Source of the DNA: Dehalococcoidia bacterium
GTDB taxonomy: Bacteria > Chloroflexota > Dehalococcoidia > GIF9 > AB-539-J10
Direction: 5' to 3'
Assembly (NCBI GenBank): GCA_021160725.1
Contig: JAGHCA010000044.1
Location: forward strand, 1-51,549
Length of the DNA stretch: 51,549 nucleotides
Below are positions 1 to 9,158 of this stretch, in pieces; within the stretch, counting starts at the first letter, position 1; each line of letters starts with the position of its first letter. The position numbers and the translations under genes were made by a program. The notes beneath the pieces are model-generated. The model saw only the letters and a program-made list of their open reading frames with translations. It made no database searches and had not been told where the DNA came from.

Positions 1-101
1 CTGCCTGATATTGATGATAAAATAAGGTTTGTTATTCCAATAATGCTTGATAAAGTCTCTGTGAAATTAGGCCCCTGGAGTGGATACAATGTCTTGGCAC
101 A

Positions 102-356
102 TCACCTCGTATGTTCCTGGTAGTAATCGGCGAGGAGATGGATATCGCCCAATTTTACATTCCTCAATCCCTGCGTCTTCGCTTCTGCCAGACATTCTTT
201 AGCATGCCGCCTGAATGTAGGCGGCAAATTGTTCATCCTGTGATGAGGGGAGAATTCGAGAAGAGCATAGGGTATATCAGGACTGAGGGAGCCAATAAAG
301 GAAGCAATTCCTGCCACCTCTGCTTTATCAGTGAAATTTGACAATAGAATACCGAT
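102..356 (-). pseudogene. C-terminal remnant (~85 aa) of a radical-SAM activase (AmmeMemoRadiSam/PflA-like type)
   Basis: The ORF shows the C-terminal pattern of this family (LLEFSPHHRMNNLPPT ... AKTQGLRNVKLGD). The frame is closed by a stop at 357-359, so the CxxxCxxC radical-SAM core is absent. The only start is a TTG at 342-344. Confidence 0.45.
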
Positions 357-366
357 TCACTATACT
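338..366 (+). promoter_or_regulatory. sigma-70-type promoter TTGACA-N17-TATACT for the T-box/argHG transcript
   Basis: TTGACA at 338-343, a 17-nt spacer, and TATACT at 361-366, about 25 nt upstream of the T-box stem I. Confidence 0.6.
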
Positions 367-392
367 GGAGTTGGTTGGGAATTAATATCTTA

Positions 393-682
393 GCCGACGA
401 AGGAGAGTAGTAAGAAACTGGCGCTTTCTATAAGCGAGCCGGGGAAGGTGTAAGCCTGGCAGAAAGAGGTTTCTGAACGCGCTCTGGAGGTTATGGGCCG
501 AAGAAAGTTCCGGCTTGGAACAAGTAGGATCCAGCGGGTGGCTCCCGTAGATGCAATAGCTCAATGAGTGCTTCAAACTGAGACTGTGGTTTGAGGAATC
601 AGGGTGGCACCACGGGGTAAGAGCCCTCGTCCCTAGATAGAAATGGAAGTTTTTATGTAGAGACGAGGATTTTTTGTTTGTG
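393..682 (+). promoter_or_regulatory. T-box leader (tRNA-sensing riboswitch), specifier probably CGC (Arg)
   Basis: Stem I has a GA/K-turn-like start (CGACGAAGGAGAGTAGTA) and an AGTA S-turn element at 406-409. Helix AGAAAC (413-418) pairs with GTTTCT (469-474), and the distal loop carries GGTG. The specifier loop reads GAA-CGC-G at 475-481. A T-box sequence AATCAGGGTGGCACCACGG at 597-615 is followed by a terminator hairpin plus T-run. Confidence 0.8.
624..682 (+). terminator. intrinsic terminator of the T-box leader
   Basis: CCTCGTCCCTA (625-635) pairs with TAGAGACGAGG (658-668) with one mismatch, followed by ATTTTTTGTTTG. Its 5' arm overlaps the region needed for the antiterminator. Confidence 0.7.
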
Positions 683-747
683 ATTCCATCAAAGCAAACG
701 ACCAAAGTTGTTAGGCTTTGAGATGATTCGGGAGAAAGAGGAAGCAT

Positions 748-2103
748 ATGGCAAAAAAAGTGTGGCAAAACACAGACAACTTAAATAAACTTGTCGAGCA
801 ATACACTGCGGGTAACGATGTTTTGCTGGATCAAAACCTGGTGAGTTTTGATGTTTACGGTTCCTTGGCACATGCCAGGATGCTTGCCAAGCAGGGACTG
901 ATAGAAAAAACAGACCTAGAAAATATTGAAGAGGGTTTGATTGAGATTTTAGAGCTTTATAAAAAAGGACAATATACTCTGCAGTTAGGTGATGAAGATG
1001 TGCATACAAGAATCGAAAATGACCTGACGAAGAAATATCCAGAGTCAGGGGCAAAATTGCACACAGGTCGATCCCGAAATGACCAGGTATTGGTTGACCT
1101 CCGTCTCTATATCAAGACCAAGCTTATCGAGATTGCCCTGGCACTACTTGACCTGGCAGAAATTTTTTGTGGACAAGCAGAAGAATTATCCAATGTTCCT
1201 CTGCCTGGTATGACTCATATGCAACCAGCTATGTTGTCTTCGTTTGGGCTGTGGCTCGGGTCTTTTGCTGAAAGCCTGCTCGATGACCTTTTTTTAGTCG
1301 AATCGGCTTATACTCTCAACAATCAATCGCCGCTCGGTTCAGGAGCGGCGTACGGTGTAACCCTGCCAATTGATCGGGCATACACTGCCGAATTGCTGGG
1401 TTTTACCAAAATACAAAATAACGCTCTCTACTCCCAGAACTCAAGAGGAAAAGTTGAGGCAAATGTTATTCACTCTTTAGCACAAACGATGGCTACGTTG
1501 AACAAGTTTGCCACTGATAGTCTATTGTTTACCACTGAGCCATTTTCTTTTATTACGTTTGACAAGAGCCTCAGTACCGGTAGCAGCATTATGCCACAGA
1601 AACAAAATTGGGATGCGCTGGAATTGATGCGAGCTAAATACCATCAGGTTATAGCAACCCAACTGCAAATCAGCAGTTCTCTGGCAAACCTTCCCTCCGG
1701 ATACAACAGGGATGTACAACAAGCAAAGGGTGGCATAATAGATGCCGTTAATATCGTTCTTTCCTCTCTTAAAGTAGCCAGGCTTTTCGTACAAACGATT
1801 GAAGTCAATGAGGCGCAGATAAAGAACCATCTTCCAAAGGAGATTTTTGCCGCCCATTGGGTATATGTTTTAGCTCAAGAAAAGAAGCTGCCTTTCCGGC
1901 AGGCATATATGTATGCTAAAGAACATCTCAGCGAGATTCCTGATTTTGATGCAGCCACACTCCTTAAGCTAGCGACTTCGCAGGGCTCGACTGGCAATCT
2001 TCAACTTTCAACCGTCCAGGAAAGTATTTTGGGAAAAAGGCGGCACTGGATCGAAGAGAAAGAAACCTTTGAAAAAGTTATTGAGAAATTAATTCGGAAA
2101 TGA
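748..2103 (+). CDS. argH: argininosuccinate lyase
   Basis: 451 aa. Carries the fumarate-lyase superfamily signatures TGRSRNDQV and GSSIMPQKQN. RBS GAGAAAGAGG lies upstream. Confidence 0.95.
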   Translation: MAKKVWQNTDNLNKLVEQYTAGNDVLLDQNLVSFDVYGSLAHARMLAKQGLIEKTDLENIEEGLIEILELYKKGQYTLQLGDEDVHTRIENDLTKKYPESGAKLHTGRSRNDQVLVDLRLYIKTKLIEIALALLDLAEIFCGQAEELSNVPLPGMTHMQPAMLSSFGLWLGSFAESLLDDLFLVESAYTLNNQSPLGSGAAYGVTLPIDRAYTAELLGFTKIQNNALYSQNSRGKVEANVIHSLAQTMATLNKFATDSLLFTTEPFSFITFDKSLSTGSSIMPQKQNWDALELMRAKYHQVIATQLQISSSLANLPSGYNRDVQQAKGGIIDAVNIVLSSLKVARLFVQTIEVNEAQIKNHLPKEIFAAHWVYVLAQEKKLPFRQAYMYAKEHLSEIPDFDAATLLKLATSQGSTGNLQLSTVQESILGKRRHWIEEKETFEKVIEKLIRK

Positions 2104-2113
2104 GGGAGAAAAT

Positions 2114-3388
2114 ATGAAAACACAAACCAAGTATCACAAAATTGCCTCCCACGAGGTTCACGAGGGGGAAAAGGTTGACTCCGTAGTACTTCTTTACTCG
2201 GGTGGGCTTGACTCCTCTGTTATCTTAAAGTGGATTCAGGAGATTTATCATGCCCAGGTTATTGCTCTCACTATTGATATTGGTCAAAAAGCCGATGATT
2301 TGGAGGCTATAAAACAAAAAGCTCTCAGGCTGGGAGCAAAAAAAGCTATTGTGCTCGATTGTAAAGACGAGTTTGCCGAGCAGTATATTGCCAGAGCCAT
2401 TAAGGCCAACGGCAGCTATCAGGGAGACTATCATTTAAGCACACCGGTTGGCCGTCCGCTGATTGCCAAAAAAGCGGTGGAGATAGCACATGCAGAAGGA
2501 GTAAAAGCCATTGCTCATGCCTGTACAGGTAAGGGCAACGACCAGGTACGGATTGAGAGTTCGATTCTTTGTGAAGACCCAGATATGAAAGTCATTGCTC
2601 CGGTGCGGGAGTGGAGTATGGGGCGAGATGAAGAATTTGCATATGCAGCTGAACACGGTATCGAAACTTCTCAAGCAAAGAAGGGAGTCCCTTATTCTTG
2701 GGATGACAATATGTGGGGTGTGACTGGCGAAGGTGGAGAGATTGAAGATCCCAAAGCTACCCTCAATCTGGAGAGAATTCTGCGAATCACTACTCCGCCC
2801 GAAAGCGCGCCCAATGATGCAGAATATATCGAGCTTGAATTTGAACATGGCATCCCAGTTACTCTTAATGGACAGAAGATGAAGCTGTCTGAACTCATCA
2901 TCACTGCTAACAGGATTGTCGGCAAGCATGGCGTAGGGTATGTCATTCTTATAGAAGATCGCCTGGTGGGAATTAAAGTCAGGGGTGTGTATGAGTCACC
3001 GGCAGCACATGTGATCACTCAGGCACACTACAATCTCGAAAAAATTGTCAACACCCAAACTGCCAACGAGATGAAAGAAATAATTGACAAAAAATGGGCA
3101 TACCTTTGTTACAATGCCAAGTGGTATGAGCCGACCATGAAGCATTTGAATGCGTACATTGACTCAATGAATTATAATGTGACAGGTACAGTAAAAATCA
3201 AGCTTTTCAAAGGTAGGTCCGACGTCGTTTCGGTCAAGTCACCATTTTCACTGTTTGATGCGGACCTGGCCACATTCAACAAGAGTACTAAGTTTAATCA
3301 AAACTCAAGCGCTGGCTTCATTGAGATATATTCATTGGCGATGAAAACTGCAGCACAGGCAAATAAAGGGAGAATTGATAAACTTTAG
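2114..3388 (+). CDS. argG: argininosuccinate synthase
   Basis: 424 aa. N-terminal ATP-pyrophosphatase motif YSGGLDSS, and full-length similarity to ArgG (TGKGNDQVR). Confidence 0.95.
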   Translation: MKTQTKYHKIASHEVHEGEKVDSVVLLYSGGLDSSVILKWIQEIYHAQVIALTIDIGQKADDLEAIKQKALRLGAKKAIVLDCKDEFAEQYIARAIKANGSYQGDYHLSTPVGRPLIAKKAVEIAHAEGVKAIAHACTGKGNDQVRIESSILCEDPDMKVIAPVREWSMGRDEEFAYAAEHGIETSQAKKGVPYSWDDNMWGVTGEGGEIEDPKATLNLERILRITTPPESAPNDAEYIELEFEHGIPVTLNGQKMKLSELIITANRIVGKHGVGYVILIEDRLVGIKVRGVYESPAAHVITQAHYNLEKIVNTQTANEMKEIIDKKWAYLCYNAKWYEPTMKHLNAYIDSMNYNVTGTVKIKLFKGRSDVVSVKSPFSLFDADLATFNKSTKFNQNSSAGFIEIYSLAMKTAAQANKGRIDKL

Positions 3389-3525
3389 ACAAAGTTTATC
3401 AGGTGCGGTGAGTGAAAAACGATTAAAGAAAGCAAAATGTGGCTCAGGGAGGCATAATGAAGACCAGCTACGACTATCTGGTAGCAAAAACCCATCCCAT
3501 TGCATTTGGGGTAATTGATTTCTTG

Positions 3526-4725
3526 TTATACACCCGTGTCATGCTTGGACTTCACAGATAGTAGTAATAGTGAGGAGATTATTGCCAGTACAAGGCCGTA
3601 GATAAATGTCGTCTCGGGGCTTATCTTATCCCAAAGCGTACCAGCAATATAGCCGCCGGGCAAAGCCACCAAGCCTATAGCGGTATGAAATGTACCAAGA
3701 GTTGTACCCCGTAGATGCTCCGGTGCAAAATCAACCACGTATGCTCTTTGAACACTGTCAAATATGGCAAAGGATACGCCATAGAGTACAAAGACCGGTA
3801 AGATACTGTAGAGGCTCGAAGCGAATATCAGACTCAATGAGACAACCGCAAACATCAGGTAACCTGCAATTAGAACTGGTTTTCTCCCAATTCTATCCGA
3901 TAGCATCCCCGCCGGTATTGCGGTAATAACATAGACAACATAGAACAGCACGTATAGAAGAATCGCTGTCTGATCGGTCAACCCTATGTCCTTAGCTCGC
4001 AGCAAGAGGAAGGCATATCCAAAATGGCCCATGTAGAAGACGGCAGCCGCAACAATCAATAGCCTTAAGTTTGAGGGTAATGCTTTGAAGCTCACTCTCA
4101 TAGATGCTACTTTAACTTCTTGCTTTTCTGTTACTTTGGGCTCTTTAAGAAATAAGCCAAATATTATTGCTGCGATTCCCGGGATGCCCGCAAAGAGGAA
4201 AATCTGAGCATAATTGGAATTTGTCACCGATAGTAGTAGAAATGCCAGCAGTGCTCCCATAACCGAACCAAGCCCGTCCATAGCTCTGTGAAATCCGTAG
4301 GCTTTCCCCCTAACACTCTGGTCAACTGATTCAGCCACAAAAGCATCTCTGGGAGCAGTCCTTATGCCTTTCCCGATTCTTTCTATTACTCTTATGACAA
4401 GAACAAGGGGCCAGACTTTAGCCAGAGCAAATAATGGTTTTGTCATTGCGGAAAGAGAATAACCAATAAGAACAAAGGGCTTTCTCATTTTGATTTTGTC
4501 GGACCAATAACCAGAGAATACTCTTATAAGGGAAGCAGTTGTTTCCGCAGCGCCCTCGACAATACCTACTACAGATGCTCCGGCACCCAGGACGCTAACC
4601 AGGTATAAAGGAATCAATGGAAAGACCATCTGGCTGCTGAGGTCGGTAAACAGACTAACCAAGCCCAATAAGAATACATTTCTAGTGATACCCCTGAAAA
4701 TGCCACTCTTCCTGTTTTGATTCAT
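3526..4725 (-). CDS. MFS transporter
   Basis: 399 aa, strongly hydrophobic. MFS motif A occurs twice (GYWSDKIKMRKP and GMLSDRIGRKP), consistent with 6+6 helices. Confidence 0.85.
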   Translation of the reverse strand: MNQNRKSGIFRGITRNVFLLGLVSLFTDLSSQMVFPLIPLYLVSVLGAGASVVGIVEGAAETTASLIRVFSGYWSDKIKMRKPFVLIGYSLSAMTKPLFALAKVWPLVLVIRVIERIGKGIRTAPRDAFVAESVDQSVRGKAYGFHRAMDGLGSVMGALLAFLLLSVTNSNYAQIFLFAGIPGIAAIIFGLFLKEPKVTEKQEVKVASMRVSFKALPSNLRLLIVAAAVFYMGHFGYAFLLLRAKDIGLTDQTAILLYVLFYVVYVITAIPAGMLSDRIGRKPVLIAGYLMFAVVSLSLIFASSLYSILPVFVLYGVSFAIFDSVQRAYVVDFAPEHLRGTTLGTFHTAIGLVALPGGYIAGTLWDKISPETTFIYGLVLAIISSLLLLSVKSKHDTGV

Positions 4726-4772
4726 CTACTACTTCTTTCGTATAACACTCTGGGAATAGACTAGGCTACCAT

Positions 4773-5078
4773 TTATCTCCGGTCTAGCACTTCATCTACA
4801 AGTTCTCTGATTTTATCCCTTGCTTGCTTAAGTACCTCCAAACCACTGTCAGTTATGGTGTAGTACTTTCTCACTTTTCCGCCAACTAATTTTGAATCCT
4901 GTGTAAGATATCCCTCTTTTACCAAACGATGCAGAGTTGGGTAGAGGGTGCCTGGGCTAAGATAGTAACCATGGCGACTGAGCTCCTTAGCTATTCCGAC
5001 GCCAAAGATTGGTTCTTTGGAAGCATGATACAGGATGTGAATTTTTATGAATCCGAGGAAAAACTCACGCTCTATCAT
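4773..5078 (-). CDS. PadR-family transcriptional regulator
   Basis: 101 aa with the PadR winged-helix pattern (FGVGIAKEL..SPGTLYPTLHRLVKEGYL..GGKVRKYYTIT). Confidence 0.85.
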   Translation of the reverse strand: MIEREFFLGFIKIHILYHASKEPIFGVGIAKELSRHGYYLSPGTLYPTLHRLVKEGYLTQDSKLVGGKVRKYYTITDSGLEVLKQARDKIRELVDEVLDRR

Positions 5079-5107
5079 GATAACACCTGCCGATATTGCG
5101 ATACGAT

Positions 5108-5137
5108 ATTATATTTTGTAGTTTTATCCTTTGTCAA
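5108..5137 (-). promoter_or_regulatory. sigma-70-type promoter TTGACA-N18-TATAAT upstream of padR-MFS
   Basis: Read on the minus strand: TTGACA (5137-5132), 18-nt spacer, TATAAT (5113-5108). Two direct AATATCG copies lie between the -10 element and the start codon and could be an operator. Confidence 0.45.
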
Positions 5138-5312
5138 TATACTATTGTGCGAAGTTTGATTGGCACACAGTTTATCACCTACCCCGTGAAGCACCGATTG
5201 CGCTGCTCAAGGCTTCTTTCCCTGACTTTGTTATTGCTTAAAATGAACTTCTCTGCCCTTTCATTGGGATAACGAGCTATGGGCAGAGGGCAATAATTAT
5301 GAAATGCTTAAA

Positions 5313-6731
5313 TCAGTAGCGTTTAGCGCGCCTTACAGGCTCTATATTGCCCCGATAATCGGGAGCAGTGATGTTGAATACTACGCTGAGCTTGGGGTCT
5401 ACCATTCGTGAACTGATTCTTGTTTCAATCTCCTCTAAAGAGAGGCATGTGGTGACCACCATGGGCAGTCGGGCATTGTAGCGGTAGTTTATCAGTTGAT
5501 ATAGCTTCTCCTGAGCCCAGGGCGTGGCTGATTGTTCTCCGAAGTCGTCGAGAATCAGCAATGGAACCCCTTTAAGCTTCTCAGAAAATTCGTCGTAGGA
5601 TATTTTGCTATCCGGACTGAATGTGGAGCGTAAATGGTCAAGAAGGTCGGGAACAACCACAAAGTAGACAGGTTTTCCATGAGCCAGCTGGTAATTAGCA
5701 ATAGCTGCCGCCAGATGAGTTTTGCCGCAGCCATTAATGCCTTGAAATATCAGCCAACCCTCCGGCGAGCGAGCGAATTCTACTGCTAAGTTGAAAGCTT
5801 GGTGCAGATTTTGACGCTGTTCCGAGGGCAATTCCAGTCTCTTGTGGTCAAAATTATCAAAAGTCATATTTCGCAATAGCTCTAGTTCTAAGCCGTCCTG
5901 AGATTCCAAGAGGGATTTTTTATCAACCGCCCATACCTGGCAGAATTCATTGTCAGTGAGATGACCACGTAAGCGTTCATCCATTCTTTCTAGCGGCACA
6001 TCGCTTGTGATTACTGTGGCCAGTCTGGTATTGAAGCGATGATTAAGGAGTTGTTCCAGCTTCTCTTTAGCCCAGGTGGTAGCACTGCCTAGAGTAAGAT
6101 CATCAAGTATTAGTAAAGGCACATTCTTTACTTGTTCAAACAGCTCGTCATAAGAGGTATCGCTGGTGGAGTTGAAGGCAGAGCGGAGGTGGTCGAGGAG
6201 GTCAGCGGTGCTGATGTAAAATACAGGCTCTCCTAATCTGAGACGGTGGTTGGCGATAGCACAAGCCAGGTGTGTTTTACCACAGCCGCAGGGGCCTAAC
6301 AGGAGCAGCCAACCCTGAGGATTGTCAGCAAAGCCTTTAGCAGCATGGTAAACCCGGGCAAAGTGCTCTTGAGATTCTTCGTCCCGATTGTGCCGAGACT
6401 CAGGATGACGGCTAGTTTTTCCTTTAGGAGACAAATTGTCGAAGGTAAGCTGCGACAGGGAACCCAGATTGCTGTATTTCTCAAGATATTCTGTTTTTTT
6501 CTTGCGGAGCTCCCTTTTACTGCATCGGCAGGGTACCACGCGGCTGAAATCAATTTGCCCCGAATCCAAGGCGGGATGAACAAAACCAGCCCCTTTGCAA
6601 ACAGGGCAGATTTCACCCGCGTCTTCTTCTGTCGAGGGAGAAGGAACGTTATCTTTGGACGAGGTGTCCGTATTTGCCCTTGACATATTTGTCTGGGCCA
6701 TCTTTTTTAATATCTCTCCTATATTCTCCAC
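5313..6731 (-). CDS. DnaC/DnaI-like helicase loader with two tandem AAA+ modules and an N-terminal Cys4 element
   Basis: Two homologous ~190-aa units, each with Walker A (GPCGCGKTHLACAIAN / GINGCGKTHLAAAIAN) and Walker B (PLLILDD in both). N-terminal CPVCKGAGF...PCRC. The start is uncertain: GTG 6731, or ATG 6701 or 6686. All of these overlap the upstream gene. Confidence 0.8.
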   Translation of the reverse strand: MENIGEILKKMAQTNMSRANTDTSSKDNVPSPSTEEDAGEICPVCKGAGFVHPALDSGQIDFSRVVPCRCSKRELRKKKTEYLEKYSNLGSLSQLTFDNLSPKGKTSRHPESRHNRDEESQEHFARVYHAAKGFADNPQGWLLLLGPCGCGKTHLACAIANHRLRLGEPVFYISTADLLDHLRSAFNSTSDTSYDELFEQVKNVPLLILDDLTLGSATTWAKEKLEQLLNHRFNTRLATVITSDVPLERMDERLRGHLTDNEFCQVWAVDKKSLLESQDGLELELLRNMTFDNFDHKRLELPSEQRQNLHQAFNLAVEFARSPEGWLIFQGINGCGKTHLAAAIANYQLAHGKPVYFVVVPDLLDHLRSTFSPDSKISYDEFSEKLKGVPLLILDDFGEQSATPWAQEKLYQLINYRYNARLPMVVTTCLSLEEIETRISSRMVDPKLSVVFNITAPDYRGNIEPVRRAKRY

Positions 6732-7296
6732 TGTCCTTACCTTCGCTAGCCCATCTTTCTAGGATACGGGCGATATATTTCCAACTGCGTTTATTGAGTG
6801 TAACTGCTTCCTTAAAGGCTTCTTCTATCCACTGGGGTGGATAAAGTTTCTCTGCTTCCTTAAGTTCTTCAACAATCATCGGCGTTATCATACCAATATT
6901 CTGCTCATAGAGAGCAAATATGTTGACAGCCGGCGGCTGAGGGCTCCGATGCATCAGGGCGGGCAGCGTGTAAACGTCCTCGAGCGCTCCTTTTATGTTT
7001 AAAGTTGAGTGTAATAGAGTGCCGTGCTCTATAGCTAAGTCCAAAGCCTGGCGCAGTGTCTCCTCATCTAACTCGGCTGATAGCCGGCAGATTGCAGATT
7101 TTAGTTCTTTATAAGTAACGCCGCTAATATCGGAGTGAGGATGCTCTTGTTTTCGCAGTATAAGATAAGTCACATATAACACTATCTTAAGTTCGGCCAG
7201 GTCGTGAATTTTAGGCATCATTCGGGTAAAGAAAGAGTCAGGCAAGGAGATAAACTCTGTTTTCACTTGAGAGCTGGATAATTGTCGTTCAGGCAT
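6649..7296 (-). CDS. DnaD-domain replication/helicase-loading protein
   Basis: 215 aa. C-terminal DnaD/DnaB_2-type domain (YEQNIGMITPMIVEELKEAEKLYPPQWIEEAFKEAV..NKRSWKYIARILERW). Located between dnaB and the dnaI-like gene. Confidence 0.75.
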   Translation of the reverse strand: MPERQLSSSQVKTEFISLPDSFFTRMMPKIHDLAELKIVLYVTYLILRKQEHPHSDISGVTYKELKSAICRLSAELDEETLRQALDLAIEHGTLLHSTLNIKGALEDVYTLPALMHRSPQPPAVNIFALYEQNIGMITPMIVEELKEAEKLYPPQWIEEAFKEAVTLNKRSWKYIARILERWASEGKDSGEYRRDIKKDGPDKYVKGKYGHLVQR

Positions 7297-7306
7297 CTTT
7301 CTACCC

Positions 7307-8683
7307 TTAAGAGGCTGAAGTCAGCTCAGCCTCTAGATTAGCAAATTTAGCAGTCCTGCCCAGGAAGCGCAGCTTAAGCTGTCCCAAAGGACCATTACGA
7401 TGTTTAGCTATAATGATATCCGCGATGCCGCTGGGGTAGGGTTCCTTCTCAATGTCATGCACCTTGCTCCACTCTTCACGGGAAAAATACATGTCATCTC
7501 GATAGACGAAAAGAACGATGTCAGCATCTTGCTCGATACTACCACTTTCGCGCAGGTCAGAGAGCTGTGGTATATGAGAGGCCCGCCATTCTACAGCCCG
7601 ACTGAGTTGGGACACTGCTAGTACAGGCACATTTAGTTCTCTGGCTAGTGTTTTCAAGTCGCGGGTTATCTTGCTAATTTCCTGCACCCGGGTTTCACTC
7701 CTGCCATTGCCTTGTATCAGCTGCAGATAATCGATGATAATCAGGTCGATGTTGTGCTCGAAGTGAAGGCGTCGTACCTTGCTTCTTATATCCAAACAGC
7801 GAAGTTGTGGTGAATCATCAATATAAATCAGTGCCTCGGAGAGGATTCCACTGGCTTCCATAATTTTTATCTCATCCTGCTCGCTGAAGCGACCAAGGCG
7901 AACCTTTCTGGAATCCACCCCGGATTCGCTGGCTAGAAGCCTCTGTACCACCGCCTCTCGAGACATCTCCAAGCTGCAGAAAGCGATACAAGCCTTCTGG
8001 TTAATGGCAGCGTTTCTGGCAATATTCAGCGCCAAGCTTGTTTTGCCCATGCTGGGCCTGGCCGCCAAAATAATTAGGTCAGATCTTTGTAGTCCTCCTA
8101 AAAAATCATCTAAGGCAGCAAAACCAGTGAGAATATGAGGTATTTGCCCTTCTTGTGACGCCGTAGGTGCCCCAGCTTCCTCAAAGTATTGTCCCAGGGC
8201 GTCTCGAATTGGAACGAAATCCCGGGTTTCCCGTTTCATTCGCACCTGAAACAGGAAATCTTCGGCTTTGTTTAAGCAGGCCTCAATATCAGGGCTGGCT
8301 TCGTAACCCAGGGCTTTGATTTGCTCAGCGGCGGCAATCAACCGCCGCATTACCGCTGTATTGGATACTATTTGAGCATAATATTCAACATGGAGGGATG
8401 TGGGTACATTACTGATTAGATGGCTTAAGAAGGCAGCACCACCAGTTTGCTCCAGCTTGTCCTCACGCATTAGCTCATGAGCTACTGTAATCTGGTTTAT
8501 TGCTTCATTGCGTTGGTAAAGGGAGAGGCAAGCCTTGTAAATTATCCGATTTGTTTCGGAAAAAAAATCCTCGGGCTTAAGGGAGGCGGCAATTTTCAAT
8601 ATAGCATCAGGATCAATAAGCAGAGACCCAATTACTGCCTCCTCGGCTTCAATATCGTGAGGTGGCAATTTCTCATTCGCCAT
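7307..8683 (-). CDS. dnaB: replicative DNA helicase
   Basis: 458 aa. N-terminal PPHDIEAEEAVIGSLL and Walker A ARPSMGKTS. DnaB-family throughout. Confidence 0.95.
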   Translation of the reverse strand: MANEKLPPHDIEAEEAVIGSLLIDPDAILKIAASLKPEDFFSETNRIIYKACLSLYQRNEAINQITVAHELMREDKLEQTGGAAFLSHLISNVPTSLHVEYYAQIVSNTAVMRRLIAAAEQIKALGYEASPDIEACLNKAEDFLFQVRMKRETRDFVPIRDALGQYFEEAGAPTASQEGQIPHILTGFAALDDFLGGLQRSDLIILAARPSMGKTSLALNIARNAAINQKACIAFCSLEMSREAVVQRLLASESGVDSRKVRLGRFSEQDEIKIMEASGILSEALIYIDDSPQLRCLDIRSKVRRLHFEHNIDLIIIDYLQLIQGNGRSETRVQEISKITRDLKTLARELNVPVLAVSQLSRAVEWRASHIPQLSDLRESGSIEQDADIVLFVYRDDMYFSREEWSKVHDIEKEPYPSGIADIIIAKHRNGPLGQLKLRFLGRTAKFANLEAELTSAS

Positions 8684-8685
8684 GC

Positions 8686-9141
8686 CTAATCTTTCTCTTC
8701 CCCCTCGATAACCACCGTAATTTGTGGCTTAATGTCGCCGGCTAACCTAACGCCTAGTTCATAGCTACCAGCTTGGTGCAAAGGTTTCTCTATATCTATC
8801 TTTTTTTTATCAATAACAGAACCGATGGTCCGACTTAATTCTTCAGCTATATCGGCAGCAGTAATAGAACCAAACAACCGTTCTCCGGCACCGCTGCGAG
8901 CTTTAAGGTGAATTTCTCTTCCCTCAATTTGCTGAGCCAGTTCGACAAGCTTATCCCGGTCAACGCTTTCCTCAAGTTTTTTCCTCTCTAGCCTGGCCTC
9001 TACTTGCTTAACGACCGTAGGGGTAGCTAACATAGCTAAACCTCGAGGCAAAAGGAAATTCTTGGCATAGCCTTTATTCACCTCCCTTATATCGCCGGCC
9101 CTTCCTTTTCCAGGGATGTCTTCTAGTAAAACAACTTTCAT
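8686..9141 (-). CDS. rplI: 50S ribosomal protein L9
   Basis: MKVVLLEDIPGKG... L9 signature. I place the start at ATG 9141 behind the GTGAGG RBS rather than at the GTG at 9153 in the ORF track. Confidence 0.9.
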   Translation of the reverse strand: MKVVLLEDIPGKGRAGDIREVNKGYAKNFLLPRGLAMLATPTVVKQVEARLERKKLEESVDRDKLVELAQQIEGREIHLKARSGAGERLFGSITAADIAEELSRTIGSVIDKKKIDIEKPLHQAGSYELGVRLAGDIKPQITVVIEGEEKD

Positions 9142-9158
9142 AGTATTCCTCACTTCTT

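Noticed and set aside
1-123. Open frame on the plus strand running from the window edge to TAG at 121-123 (..VIPIMLDKVSVKLGPWSGYNVLAHHLVCSW). The minus strand also has an open frame over 1-100.
   Set aside because: About 40 codons with no recognisable motif. The reading is ambiguous between strands and overlaps the radical-SAM remnant. This is too little evidence to call a gene end.
382-1054. Two minus-strand ORFs (382..768, 128 aa; 689..1054, 121 aa) across the arg leader and the start of argH.
   Set aside because: They lie antisense to a well-supported T-box leader and to argH. They have low-complexity composition, no recognisable family and no RBS. They are best explained as chance open frames.
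5161-5176. Perfect -24 element TGGCAC on the plus strand, as a possible sigma-54 promoter.
   Set aside because: The -12 position reads TTAT rather than TTGC. The element also points into the 3' end of a minus-strand gene, with nothing to transcribe.
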